This document shows, one piece after another, positions 1 through 14,432 of a stretch of 64,000 bases of DNA. This stretch comes from the human T2T-CHM13v2.0 reference genome, Homo sapiens. Position 1 is the first letter of the stretch; each line of letters starts with the position of its first letter. The notes under the pieces were generated by a model. The model saw only the letters and a program-made list of their open reading frames with translations. It ran no database searches and was not told the origin of the DNA. Location: the NCBI RefSeq assembly GCF_009914755.1, contig NC_060926.1, one strand, 5' to 3'. A program made the translations under genes and the position numbers.

Positions 1-95
1 CTGTGTTAACCTCTCTGTGCCTCAGTTTTCTCTCTCTGCAAGATGGGCTGATGGTAACAGCCTACTACACAGGGCTGATGTGGGCATTCAGTAGT
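1..95 (+). mobile_element. MIR SINE fragment
   Basis: ttaacctctctgtgcctcagtttt...aagatggg matches the MIR core. Confidence 0.7.
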
Positions 96-184
96 CAGTA
101 CACGAGTAGGGCTAAGACCGGCTTGGTCTGGGATACCCTGTGTCAGGGACCACCACTGTATTTCCCTGTCATCCTTCTGGACAG

Positions 185-369
185 GTTTCAGCAACAGGAA
201 TGTGGGAGTAGCAGCTAGGGGTCTAAGAAGCCCCCCTACTCAGCACTGATCATGGCCCCGTCTCTTTTGCTGGCTGTACAAGACACAGTGATGAGAAGGC
301 TATCGCCTTCCCTTCCCTCTTCCCATGCCTTTCTGGGAAAGATATTTTCTTTCTCAAGATTGAAACTAG
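185..369 (+). pseudogene. Candidate exon remnant (FQQQECGSSS*GSKKPPYSALIMAPSLLLAVQDTVMRRLSPSLPSSHAFLGKIFSFSRLKL)
   Basis: Acceptor ccttctggacag, donor TAG|gtaggt, one stop in 61 codons. Confidence 0.35.
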
Positions 370-1162
370 GTAGGTAGAGAACATTTTGCAGTTTTAATTA
401 ATACAGATTTATCTACCTCCCCGGGCTGTTTGCAAGATTAATCCCTACCCTATGCCTTAAGCTCCTTAGCAGACAGACACTGTGTTCTCACCAAATAAGC
501 TGGACTTGTGATCTTAAGCCTGATTCTCTCAGCCACTGCCCCCTCTTCTCATATAACGGCCTCCTTGCTCGCTTTAAATTGGTTGGTTGGTCCCTGTGAA
601 TTTGAGTTTATCCTCTGCCTGGTGCAATTAAGTGTGAAAATCCTTGATCCTTGCCTTGGGTGAGGGGAGGTAGGGATATTTGTGTGGTCTGGGGAGGGCA
701 CTGAGCTTGAATTCAATCCTGAAGTGATTCTGACAACCGAGGCTGTGGTCCCCGACCCCCTGGGTGGGTTTCTGAGCAACTCCTAAAGGGGACGAAGACC
801 CGGGGTGTGTGGTGGGGGGAAGGGACACAGAGGAGAGAATGAGCAGAGTTGGAGGATATTGATGCATCTGCTAACTTGGTAGAATAGCTTGAAACCACAG
901 TCCCTGAATTAGTCATACAGTTGTGTTTAGAAATGGTTGCAGGACATCACTCTGCTCATCGATTTGTAAAAGCTTCTTATGCATAGGGTATATCAACATA
1001 AATAATTTGCATCTGGGGTTTGCCCAGCACAGTGCTTTGCTTTTGTTGATTTGATTTGTTCTTATGTGAGCATCTTATTCCTTGAAAAAACCCTAAAGAA
1101 CCAAGTGTTACAAATGTATCCCTGCTTTTTGGTCATATTTAAAATTTCATTCCCTAATACAG

Positions 1163-1350
1163 TAGCACATGTCTTACCAAGCTGCAATGACCTGGGTAAA
1201 TCAAGAGGAAAATGGGGGCAGGAGGCTCCTCTGAGGCTCTGTGCTTCAAAGAACCATAATAACATGTTAAAAGAATGCCAAAGCATATACTCACTAAAAT
1301 GGAAATTGAAGCGAACTATCTCTTTGCATATGCCACAATTACATCAGCAG
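1163..1350 (+). pseudogene. Candidate exon remnant (frame ambiguous)
   Basis: Acceptor ttccctaatacag, donor CAG|gttaat. One frame is fully open (ORF 1051-1374); another ends ...KMEIEANYLFAYATITSA in the phase needed by the next exon. Confidence 0.4.
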
Positions 1351-1489
1351 GTTAATGTGGAAAAAAAATGCTGATTTTTATGTAAGTTAACAGTGGAAAA
1401 GGCTGTAGTTCTCACCTCAGCCTTGCTAATACTCATCAAAACTAACCAGAATCAGATTCTAATAGAACTTCAAAAAAAAATTGAAGGCA

Positions 1490-1720
1490 GAATTTCTTAA
1501 GAAAACTATGCAACATCAGAGGTCTAGTAATATGCTCTATGAAAAAATAATACCATGCCCAATAAATTTGATAAATATCCCATATTATAATATCTCAGGA
1601 ATTCATAAGAATAAGCATGTTAAACATTCTAAGAAGTCTGTAGACAAATAAGTTTCCTACTTTACTTAAACAAGGAAGCCTGTTGACCACAAAGAACTTA
1701 CCGAACACCCCCTGAAATTG
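1490..1720. mobile_element. hAT-Charlie-type (MER) DNA transposon fragment
   Basis: Diverged resemblance (aataaatttg...ttctaagaagtctgtag...ttgaccac) to non-autonomous hAT elements; subfamily uncertain. Confidence 0.4.
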
Positions 1721-1902
1721 TTTTTCATCAAAACGTCTTTGGAATTTAGTCTGTAGGTTCTAGGAGGAAGCTCGTGTGGACTTCTCAATATTGGTGATAA
1801 CTGCATCTGAAAAATTTTAAAATACCCAACGCCTCCTAAAAGGCCTGGGCCCACACTGAAGAATAGAACTGGTGACTGACCATGCCTATGAAAATCTCTA
1901 AA

Positions 1903-2039
1903 ACAATCGTTCTCAAACTCTAGGATGTATCAGAATTGGCTGGAGAACTGGGCTCATAGAGCGGGACAGGGCCTACACCTCCAAAATTTTGCCAAGTTTC
2001 CCAGGAGATCCTGATGCACACCAAGCTTGAGAATCTCTG
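1903..2039. mobile_element. MER5-family hAT MITE
   Basis: Ends gttctcaaactc...ttgagaatctctg and internal aagtttcccaggagatcctgatgc resemble MER5. Confidence 0.6.
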
Positions 2040-2207
2040 CCATAAAAGCTGGTTGCAGAAATGGAAAGGAGTTCAGGGAAAAAAAAAAAAAAAAAGGTTT
2101 TAGCCTGAGAGCTTTTCTACATACTGAAACCACAAGTGTGAATCTGCCCAGCTGGGGACTACAGCAGTGCTGATACCTTGGGAGCTATACTGTTTGCTTT
2201 GCCCCAG

Positions 2208-2396
2208 ATATTGCCCATCAGAAAATAAGGAGAACTAAATAGAAGGAGCCACAAGTTACAGCTCCACTGGTGTCCAGAAGTCCTCATGCCTAATCATTCA
2301 TCCACCTAGGATATCAGATAATAGAAAGGTTGCTGTGGGAGCTTGAGAATGAAGGACCTGAGACCATCATTAATCCTTTTAAAAAAATCTCCGAAA
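2208..2396 (+). pseudogene. Exon remnant (IAHQKIRRTK*KEPQVTAPLVSRSPHA*SFIHLGYQIIERLLWELENEGPETIINPFKKISE)
   Basis: Acceptor tgtttgctttgccccag, donor AAA|gtgagc, 189 nt, phase 1-1. Confidence 0.55.
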
Positions 2397-2551
2397 GTGA
2401 GCCTGAAATATACCAAAATCTACAATCTTTCTAATGGCTCTTACAATTTATTACATCAGTATGTGTACCACATAAAAAGCCTTCATTACCTCCAACTCTT
2501 TTTAATTTGTAATAACTGACTCAAGAGCAAATGCCAAAGAGTCGTTTCCAG

Positions 2552-2618
2552 GTTGCCTTTTTTAGAAAATGGCTTATCAAGTAATTAAAAGATTTACACC
2601 ATGCTCTAGATAGTGGAG
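2552..2618 (+). pseudogene. Exon remnant (CLF*KMAYQVIKRFTPCSR*W; alternative acceptor at 2565)
   Basis: Acceptor gtttccag, consensus donor GAG|gtgagt, phase 1-2. Confidence 0.5.
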
Positions 2619-2729
2619 GTGAGTTTGTTGCTCCCTTCCCAGTCTACTGTCAGACATGGGAGCTCCCCACTGGACCCAGGTAGAGTGTCTCCACTTGGAT
2701 GGAATAACATTGTATTTCTTTATCTTCAG

Positions 2730-2927
2730 TCTAGTATGCGTCCAGCTCACAAACTTTAACCAGTCACCCATCCCTGCTCTGTTAGAGAAATTGACTCTCA
2801 CTCAAGAATCAATTAGGTCTGCATATTTGCCAAAATCAAACAAGCTGAGACAACACTGGATTAAGATTTGGAAGTGGTGGGAGTTGAAAGAGACTGAGGA
2901 AGAGAGACTCTTTGAAGAAGTTCTCCT
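2730..2927 (+). pseudogene. Exon remnant (LVCVQLTNFNQSPIPALLEKLTLTQESIRSAYLPKSNKLRQHWIKIWKWWELKETEEERLFEEVL)
   Basis: Strong acceptor tatttctttatcttcag, donor CT|gtgaat, 198 nt with no stop; ORF 2656-2931 stops at the donor; phase 2-2. Confidence 0.6.
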
Positions 2928-3090
2928 GTGAATAATAGATACTATAAATTATAAAATTTATTTGATGATGCCTAAGGGTATTTTAATGCTACCAGAGTTA
3001 TAATAGAGGGAAAAAGCACTCATGATTTTTAAAAAGCTCAACCCTTTGATTTATTAAAGAAAACAGTGAGATTTCTAAGCACTTGCTTAG

Positions 3091-3200
3091 AAGGCCCATG
3101 TATCTCAGACAAGTATGATTCAAACCCTGCCATCACCACTGACATTCCTATCCAACCCAAGCTTGCCACTAGGAAATCCCCACATATATTTTCTTGTATG
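3091..3200 (+). pseudogene. Exon remnant (frame uncertain)
   Basis: Acceptor cttgcttag, consensus donor ATG|gtgagt, 110 nt; phase 2-1 fits its neighbours but carries three stops. Confidence 0.45.
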
Positions 3201-3597
3201 GTGAGTCTGGGACTCATTTTAATGACTGCATCATAGTCATGAGCTTCAGCTCTTAACATGATAGTCCAATGCTGATAAAATCCAATAACAACTTACTGGT
3301 ATTAACTCACGTCCTGTTAGAAATTTCCTGTTCCTATATCAACTTTCAGTGATTTGGGAAACTTTTTTTAAAAACCTATGTATTCAACAAATACCTAATG
3401 TGAATCTGATTTTAATATTTCATCTATTTCCAAGATAGAGTTGTTTATTCTATTTGATGGAACTCTTAAAAATATGGCTTTTATGTCCATAAAATGGTGC
3501 AACTGGAAATAAAGCCATACCAACATAATCCTTATTAAAACTCCCCTTTATAGCTTTTTCATGTCTTTTCTGATGATCAAATTGCTCTTCTCTCTAG

Positions 3598-3671
3598 AGA
3601 TATGTTTCACACTTTCTCAAATGGTCTTCATTCTGCTTAAGTCCTGTAGGAGCCAAAGGATCTTAAGAGAG
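3598..3671 (+). pseudogene. Exon remnant (EICFTLSQMVFILLKSCRSQRILRE)
   Basis: Acceptor ctcttctctctag, donor GAG|gttagc, no stop, phase 1-0. Confidence 0.55.
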
Positions 3672-3889
3672 GTTAGCATCTCTTCCTACTTTCTTGGGTC
3701 ACCTTTATCAAAAGCTGTATATACTACAGTCCTGATACTTCTTTGGTGTTAGTCATTTAGAATCAAGGGCAAATAGCTCACAGACAGACACACAGGCATA
3801 ATGAGCACAGTCCCTTTCTTGGCAAGGAAAGGAAGGGTCACTGGCAGCACCAGGATTAGAGACAGGGCTTTGTGGAGTGACTCTACATT

Positions 3890-4030
3890 AGTCAGTGTTC
3901 TTCCCTGGATGAACCTTATCCTTCTCCAAGTTTATCCTCTTCTAGGTAAAATAGAGATAACAATCCAAACCTGACTGCCTCAAAAGGTTTTGTTTGAGCC
4001 TCAATAATCAATAATAGAGGCGAGTGTAAA
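3890..4030 (+). mobile_element. MIR-like fragment
   Basis: gtaaaatagagataacaat...ctgcctcaaaaggttttgtttgag resembles the MIR core. Confidence 0.45.
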
Positions 4031-4044
4031 ATATCACAGTTGAC

Positions 4045-4672
4045 GATGGCCACCCTCACCTTTCCAATTCTTCCTGAAATGTTCTCAGATTTACTGTCCT
4101 CAAACCCAAGTTCAATTGTGTAACTTTCCTCTGCACAGATTATTGGTTTCCCATTATCTAGAGAATAAAGACCAAACTCTACATGGCACTCAAGATCCTT
4201 CACCATATATGCTTCTCCTGCTACTGCTCTCCATGGTCCCAGACCAACCACACTGAATGGATTGGCATTTTTTGAACATTTGAACATTTCATGTATTTTC
4301 AAGTCTTGATCTTTGCACAAACTATCTAATCAGTTACTGACAAAATCCTGCGCCTCCTTCCACAATTAGTTTGAATGTAACATTCCCTTAAGGATACTTT
4401 CCTTTATGGCATCCATTCATGCAATTATTATAAAGTGCTATTCACGAGCCAGGCATCAGAATTCTATAACTTCATTGTCCCTACCACAGCAGTTTGTGTG
4501 TATTTTTAATGTACTCATTTTAGCCTGCTTTGTGGGATTTTTTAATTATTTAACTTTATGTCCTTACCACTGACTGGAAGCTTTTTGAGAAAAAAAATAT
4601 TATCTGTTGTTGTTCTCCATATCTCCACGCTAGTATAGAGAAGGCACATGGCAAATGTTTGTTGAATGAATA
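4045..4672 (+). mobile_element. L2 LINE 3' portion
   Basis: agaataaagaccaaactc, ctggaagctttttgag and terminal tgtttgttgaatgaat are typical of the L2 3' end. Confidence 0.7.
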
Positions 4673-4793
4673 AACAATGTCATATTTAATTTGATATGTT
4701 CACGGTTTTGTTTTTAAGAAAGTCACATGAGTTTAATTGCACCTTATAACTTCTGAGTGGAAGAAGAACAATTCCTGGCATTTTTTCTTCTAG

Positions 4794-5111
4794 GAATGAG
4801 TAGTTGCAAGCCACCTTTATGAAGGCTTTGGATCTTATTATTATTACTACCAACTAAATAAGCCATACTCTCACCCGATGCTCCCCTTTGCCTCTTCCTC
4901 ATTATTATCTAGGGGCCATAAGTGGAGCAAAGTTGAGCTTGTGGCCAGTCTTCCTGATTTTATCTCCCCAGAGACAACCAGGCTTCTAGCTTCATGTCTA
5001 GGATCATCTCCACCAAATGGCTTGGGTTTCTCCATAAAGCTGGCCCAACAGCTCTGAGTTTTATACCCCAAAGCTTGCCAAGATAAAGAATAAGGAAGCT
5101 GTAGAGATATA
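4794..5111 (+). pseudogene. Exon remnant (E*VVASHLYEGFGSYYYYYQLNKPYSHPMLPFASSSLLSRGHKWSKVELVASLPDFISPETTRLLASCLGSSPPNGLGFSIKLAQQL*VLYPKACQDKE*GSCRDI)
   Basis: Strong acceptor ttttttcttctag; 85 consecutive sense codons (4800-5054); degenerate donor ataagt (GT>AT); 318 nt, phase 0-0. Confidence 0.6.
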
Positions 5112-5540
5112 ATAAGTATCCATCAAAAATATTAGGAACATTTCTCTAGAATTATAGAGCTCAAACATTTGGAGAGGGTGTGTCAAGAGTGACTCATAAT
5201 AAACAGCAATAATAAGTAAGGCAATTAGTAGAAAAGAGGGCACCACCTACAAAGAGTAGTTCCTGAGGAATTTTAATTTAAATTCCTGGGTCAGGTTCAT
5301 TCTGAAGAAATGAGGTACTATTTAACTTTCAAACACCTGCTTGATCCCAATAGGAGGCAAATGATCCTAAGATAAATCAGCATCCCTTCCTGCTTTCTTG
5401 GGTCTCCTCCCTCCTCATTGTCAATACATCGCATCGATTTTCTATCCAGAACAGAAGCTTAATATGAGTTCTTGCTCTTAGATCATCTTTTTCCTCCTTA
5501 ATACCATGAGAAAGAACACAATGGGGTGATTTCTGTTCAG

Positions 5541-5719
5541 AATTATAGCCTGATGGCTAAAAGAGACATATTTCTTGCAAAATAGCAATACTGCAAGTAC
5601 CCCGTAGACCAGAGGGTTAATGAAAGAGACAAAAGAGGCAATAAACTGGGCTCAGATGAAGATGAATTGGAGCTGTATCTGTTTGGTGGCAGTGTGTATT
5701 TTAGGAATGCACTGGAAGG
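5541..5719 (+). pseudogene. Exon remnant (NYSLMAKRDIFLAK*QYCKYPVDQRVNERDKRGNKLGSDEDELELYLFGGSVYFRNALE)
   Basis: Acceptor tttctgttcag, donor GG|gtgagg, one stop in 59 codons, phase 0-2. Confidence 0.6.
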
Positions 5720-5918
5720 GTGAGGAAGAAGAAGCTTGGGGAGACAATTTCTCAACTCAGGGCTAAATGACTATCATTCTGAGTTCCCACAATCATTCCC
5801 CAGGCATCTCTTTGATCCCCATAATGTCATGGAACATAACAATTAGTAGCCTAAGAAGGGGTGTTCCCTCCTGCCTGTGCTAAACCTGGGGGGCAAGAGA
5901 GTGACTAAAATGTTCCAG

Positions 5919-6012
5919 GCAATCCCAATATTTAGAAGAAGGCTAGATATTCTTTTCTTCAAGTGAAAAATGAAGGCTCCAAAACAGACTAACATTATTC
6001 CACTGGTTAAAA
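5919..6012 (+). pseudogene. Weak candidate exon (QSQYLEEG*IFFSSSEK*RLQNRLTLFHWLK)
   Basis: Weak acceptor tgttccag and donor AAA|gttaat; proposed mainly because phase 2-0 bridges its neighbours. Confidence 0.3.
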
Positions 6013-6049
6013 GTTAATAAACACACACACACACTCTCTCTCTCTCTTT

Positions 6050-6190
6050 TAAAAATAGATTAAAGGAAAATGCAACAAAGTGTTTACAGCTCTTGTTCTC
6101 AAGTGGTAGAGCTATGGATTATTTTATCTTCCTTCTTTTTATCTACATTTTCTACAGTAAACTTGTATTACTTTTCAAAGAAAAAAATAT
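6050..6190 (+). mobile_element. Old L1M 3' end fragment preceded by an (AC)n(TC)n microsatellite
   Basis: aaagtgtttacag...ttttctacagtaaacttgtattactttt is L1ME-like; acacacacac/tctctctc at 6021-6047. Confidence 0.5.
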
Positions 6191-6372
6191 ATATTCTTTA
6201 AAAGTCTCTCCCTTTTACTAGATATTCTTGCCCACTGACAAAGATTTTTATAAAAATACAACTTATACTGGCCAGAGGAGATCATGTGATTAGGAAGGTG
6301 CTTCAATGACAAGGGAAGACTAGAGTCTTTGTTTTCAGGGGTTTTGGGGGCTTTTGTACTTTTTCTTTTCAG

Positions 6373-6489
6373 TTCTTAGAAACATGAGAGTGACCTCCTA
6401 CCCAGAGAAGTGACCTTGGATTTAAATGTGAAATGCTAGCCCCCCATGTTAATGCCCGAAAAAAAAGGCATTTCACTCAAGAACAGGAG
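6373..6489 (+). pseudogene. Exon remnant (FLET*E*PPTQRSDLGFKCEMLAPHVNARKKRHFTQEQE)
   Basis: Strong acceptor ctttttcttttcag, donor GAG|gtgaag, 117 nt, phase 0-0. Confidence 0.5.
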
Positions 6490-6662
6490 GTGAAGTGTTT
6501 CTCTTTTCTGTGTTGACATATGATGCATCCATCAGATCTCTTGCAAGAAAAGGGATGTTGCATCTCTCAGAGACCACCCCCACCCTCAACCTCCACCCGC
6601 CACCCGCCACCACCTCCTCCATCTGCAAAAAGCATTTCTGGTCTCCTTCTCCCTTCTTCAAG

Positions 6663-6846
6663 GTTACAGCAGCCATAGTCCTCCACGGTGATACCCAGAG
6701 TACAGCCAAGAGCAGGAAGGTGGTCATTTGGGAAGAATTCACTTTGCATTTGATTGCTTTCCTTTGTAATATCTACCAGGATGACAGGTTCATGAGCCTC
6801 TCAATTTCCCAAGATTTTGTGTTTTCACTTATTTGCTTGGCTATCA
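6663..6846 (+). pseudogene. Exon remnant (VTAAIVLHGDTQSTAKSRKVVIWEEFTLHLIAFLCNIYQDDRFMSLSISQDFVFSLICLAI)
   Basis: Acceptor ccttctcccttcttcaag, donor TCA|gtaaga, no stop (inside ORF 6495-6956), phase 0-1. Confidence 0.6.
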
Positions 6847-7037
6847 GTAAGAGACAAAGCATACTCCTCTCTAAAAGGTGTCCAGTGGGGTTTTTGGTCT
6901 ATTTTTTAATCTTCAATAAGACAGTAAGGCTTCTTAGCCCTCATGAAATGACATGATGTCTGAGATTTGCTCTAAACTATTCTACCAAAGATAAAAAGGC
7001 TGGGTGGGGTGTGGCAACTAATAGCCTCTCCCTGCAG

Positions 7038-7340
7038 GCTCCCACAGGCCATTGGAAGTCCCTCACTTCTCTCCAAAATAGAGAAGCCAAAACATTCTCT
7101 CCCCTATTAAACCCCCTTCAAATAATCGTTGTTTTCAAGTGACTAATCTTCTCTTTTATAGATGGGACATGATGATGGGTTTTGAGATGATTCTTTCATT
7201 CTGAGCACAGCCTATACAGAAGTGTCTAGCAGTACCCTGTAAAATATGGATGTACTTTGGACCCATAGATTTCAGCTTCGACATTTCAACCAAATTTCTT
7301 AGACATCAGAAGAGGCATTTCAACATAATTCTATGGTCAG
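7038..7340 (+). pseudogene. Exon remnant (starts at 7038 or 7162; ...WDMMMGFEMILSF*AQPIQKCLAVPCKIWMYFGPIDFSFDISTKFLRHQKRHFNIILWS)
   Basis: Acceptors ctctccctgcag (7037) and cttctcttttatag (7161); donor CAG|gtaggt. Confidence 0.5.
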
Positions 7341-7429
7341 GTAGGTATACTGTTAACTTTGCCCACAAGTGAAAGAGTATAGTTGCTTTTCATGAATAGT
7401 TCACCATTCAACCTGGCTGCCATTGATAG

Positions 7430-7505
7430 GATACAATAGACTTCCCATATTCTTGAAAACTTTAATAGCTCCAATGATGACCTTGGAATGCATAGGAAAG
7501 ATAAG
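7430..7505 (+). pseudogene. Candidate exon (YNRLPIFLKTLIAPMMTLECIGKI)
   Basis: Weak acceptor cattgatag, donor AAG|gtagaa, no stop, phase 1-2. Confidence 0.4.
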
Positions 7506-7739
7506 GTAGAAATTTGAAACCAGAAAACACCAAAAAGACTTCCAGAGAGATGCTCCCAGCTTCATAATGGAAATAAGATCTTATTGTATAAAAGAAACAA
7601 AAAGACATAGGCATTGAGAAAAATATCTGGATTTAGTTTCACAACAAATGACACAATTGATTTATTCCCAAAGAGAAAAGAAAAACTTGAACCAGTTGAG
7701 AGCATCTGGGTTGAAAAGAAACATCTTTCTTTATCCCAG

Positions 7740-7901
7740 TATGGATTTTCAATCTCAAATACACAAGCATTGTGTTTTACTAGAGCACTTTAAAGCATGG
7801 TACTTCAATATATAATCAATCAATCCGTTTGGTCTCCCAAATAATATATATTGAAGTACTTTTAAAACTGCAAATGAAGAACAATGCAGACATTGTGACT
7901 T
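7740..7901 (+). pseudogene. Exon remnant (MDFQSQIHKHCVLLEHFKAWYFNI*SINPFGLPNNIY*STFKTANEEQCRHCD)
   Basis: Acceptor tctttctttatcccag, donor TT|gtaagt, 162 nt, phase 2-2. Confidence 0.55.
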
Positions 7902-8191
7902 GTAAGTTGGCATTTTAGATTTTATGGTGTTAAGTTCTTTTATATGATCAATGTAAATGTTCTTTCTGGGGGCCTCCATTTCTCCTTGTTGTCTCCTTGT
8001 TTATATTGGTATGTGGAAACAATGCTTAAAAAATAGATGTAAAGATTTATGTTTCTACACTTGCTACATTATATAGTGTGGCACTGAGGAAGAAATGGAT
8101 CAAATGAATACTAAGAACTACTTTTGCTTTGTCAACCTGACCTTTAAGACAAGTTGACTGGATGTGAAGCCTCTATAACATTGCTCTTAAG

Positions 8192-8246
8192 CGCGGTTTG
8201 CTGAATTAACCAGGAGCTTGCACTGAACATCTACCACACACCATTG
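8192..8246 (+). pseudogene. Exon remnant (AVC*INQELALNIYHTPL)
   Basis: Acceptor ttgctcttaag, consensus donor TTG|gtaagt, phase 2-0. Confidence 0.5.
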
Positions 8247-8459
8247 GTAAGTAGCAGGCATTGAGGAGAAATGGATGCTAAAGAATAGACTTCCAGGAAG
8301 GAAACTTACAGCACTAATAAAGCAAAGAGTGAGGAGAAACAGTTTCTGAGGGCTAAGAGGAGCATTCCCAAAGAGCTGAAGTAAAGCTGAGATACCCAGA
8401 CATTTCTCAGATCTGCTGCCATTCCAACCCTTAATGTATTTCCTCCTTACCTCTCCAAG

Positions 8460-8718
8460 AATCATACCCAAAAAAGTTATAGAATGGTAAAGTCAAAATC
8501 TACATCTAATGGAGACATTCCCCCAGAAACACTCCTATGGCCATTGATAGAATTATTTTCTTGGCTGAAAGCTCACAATATGACAAAGGGGCCCATTCCA
8601 CTCCTCTAATGTTCAATGGATGCAATGGTACTTTATAACAGAAAACAATTATACCAATGTCCACTGTTATAATTATTAAGAAAGATTTTCATTATGAAGA
8701 CTGTTTATCCTCCATCAG
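8460..8718 (+). pseudogene. Exon remnant (NHTQKSYRMVKSKSTSNGDIPPETLLWPLIELFSWLKAHNMTKGPIPLL*CSMDAMVLYNRKQLYQCPLL*LLRKIFIMKTVYPPS)
   Basis: Acceptor tttcctccttacctctccaag; two stops in 86 codons; donor degenerate so the 3' end is uncertain. Confidence 0.5.
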
Positions 8719-9082
8719 GATAAACTCCAAGTTTACTTTTAGGCCAAAACTAAAATTAGGGTTGCAATAACAGTAGCTAAGTAGTATTTTTCTAGCTCTG
8801 CCTCTCACCAGTGTTTTCACCTCCATTCAATTATTCAAAAAAATATAAGCAGTGTTTCACATTAGCTTGAAAATAGAATAGTCTAAGATATGAAACAGAG
8901 TTGGAGACTCCCAGCAAGTCCTTTGGCTGGGATTTGACATCAACCATAGCTCTCCTGCCGCTCCAGAGGCATCTGTGCCATTTCTTGAATTTCACTGAGA
9001 AATGTCCTGCACAGCCTCCTCTGCCCACATGCGGACTGGTTCTAGGCTGAGGCCACCCTCTTTATTCTCTTCCCTCTTCTAG

Positions 9083-9154
9083 GGGTGGTCCCGTAGTCCC
9101 TTCACCAAAATGGGAATGGCGCTCTTCCCAATGTTGGACAGCGTGTGATTATAC
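9083..9154 (+). pseudogene. Exon remnant (VVP*SLHQNGNGALPNVGQRVII)
   Basis: Strong acceptor tttattctcttccctcttctag, donor TAC|gtgagc, 72 nt, followed by a 95-nt intron. Confidence 0.6.
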
Positions 9155-9249
9155 GTGAGCTGTAATGCAAGAGTTGCTAGTCTTCTTAGAGTGTTAACAG
9201 AAATTAGAAAACAGTACTCCTTTTCCTTGTGTTGCCTTCTTTCTCACAG

Positions 9250-9292
9250 GTCCTATATGAGTCATTGGAGAGAGCATTCAAAGAATCTTCTG
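9250..9292 (+). pseudogene. 5' part of an exon split by the L1PB1 insertion
   Basis: Strong acceptor ttttccttgtgttgccttctttctcacag; ends in the L1 TSD and continues at 19651. Confidence 0.55.
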
Positions 9293-9621
9293 GGGCATTT
9301 GCAGGGGACTAAGATGGCAGATAGCAGGCAGGACTAGCTTGCAGCCCCTGCTCGGATGGACAGAGCAATGTGTGGAGACTCACACTGTGAACTTTGTCTC
9401 CAAGACTACACAGGAACATATCAGGAAAACCTAGAGAATCCGCAGAGCCTTTGAAGAAACTGGGTCACCATTACAGGCTCCCTGAGATACCAAAAAACTG
9501 TGAGCCCGCTTGCTTTCTCAACAGGGAGTCTCGTGGTCTGGGGCAAGTTCTCAGCCCTGGTCACCGGCTGCCAGGAAATAGATTCAGTTCTGTTGGTGGG
9601 GCATTGTGGGAGTGAGACTAG

Positions 9622-10540
9622 CTGGACGGAGAATGACTTTGACAAGCTGAGAGAAGAAGGCTTCAGAAGATCAAATTACTCCAAGCTACGGGATGAAATT
9701 CAAACCAAAGGCAAAGAAGTTGAAAACTTTGAAAAAAATTTAGAAGAATGTATAACTAGAACAACCAATACAGAGAAGTGCTTAAAGGAGCTGATGGAGC
9801 TGAAAACCAAGGCTCGAGAACTACGTGAAGAATGCAGAAGCCTCAGGAGCCGATGCAATCAACTGGAAGAAAGGGTATCAGCGATGGAAGATGAAATGAA
9901 TGAAATGAAGCGAGAAGGGAAGTTTAGAGAAAAAAGAATAAAAAGAAACGAACAAAGCCTCCAAGAAATATGGGACTATGTGAAAAGACCAAATCTACGT
10001 CTGATTGGTATACCTGAAAGTGACGGGGAGAACGGAACCAAGTTGGAAAACACTCTGCAGGATATTATCCAGGAGAACTTCCCCAATCTAGCAAGGCAGG
10101 CCAACATTCAGATTCAGGAAATACAGAGAATGCCACAAAGATACTCCTCGAGAAGAGCAACTCCAAGACACATAATTGTCAGATTCACCAAAGTTGAAAT
10201 GAAGGATAAAATGTTAAGGGCAGCCAGAGAGAAAGGTCGGGCTACCCTCAAAGGGAAGCCCATCAGACTAACAGCGGATCTCTCTGCAGAAACTCCACAA
10301 GCCAGAAGAGAGTGGGGGCCAATATTCAACATTCTTAAAGACAAGAATTTTCAACCCAGAATTTCATATCCAGCCAAACTAAGCTTCATAAGTGAAGGAG
10401 AAATAAAATACTTTACAGACAAGCAAATGCTGAGAGATTTTGTCACCACCAGGCCTGCCCTAAAAGAGCTCCTGAAGGAAGCGCTAAACATGGAAAGGAA
10501 AAACCGGTACCAGCCACTGCAAAATCATGCCAAAATGTAA
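9622..10540 (+). pseudogene. L1 ORF1p, open but missing about the first 32 codons and the start ATG
   Basis: SWTENDFDKLREEGFRR...YQPLQNHAKM* matches L1 ORF1p. Confidence 0.9.
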
Positions 10541-10603
10541 AGACCATCGAGGTTAGGAAGAAACTGCATCAACTAATGAGCAAAATAACCAGCTAACATC
10601 ATA

Positions 10604-14432
<3,829 letters not shown>

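Noticed and set aside
690-880. Protein-like frame (ELEFNPEVILTTEAVVPDPLGG) between candidate exons
   Set aside because: No convincing acceptor/donor pair, so it was left out of the exon model.
6473-6727. Minus-strand ORF with a signal-peptide-like start (MTTFLLLAVLWVSPW)
   Set aside because: Weak start context, and it is antisense to a better-supported + strand exon remnant; likely chance.
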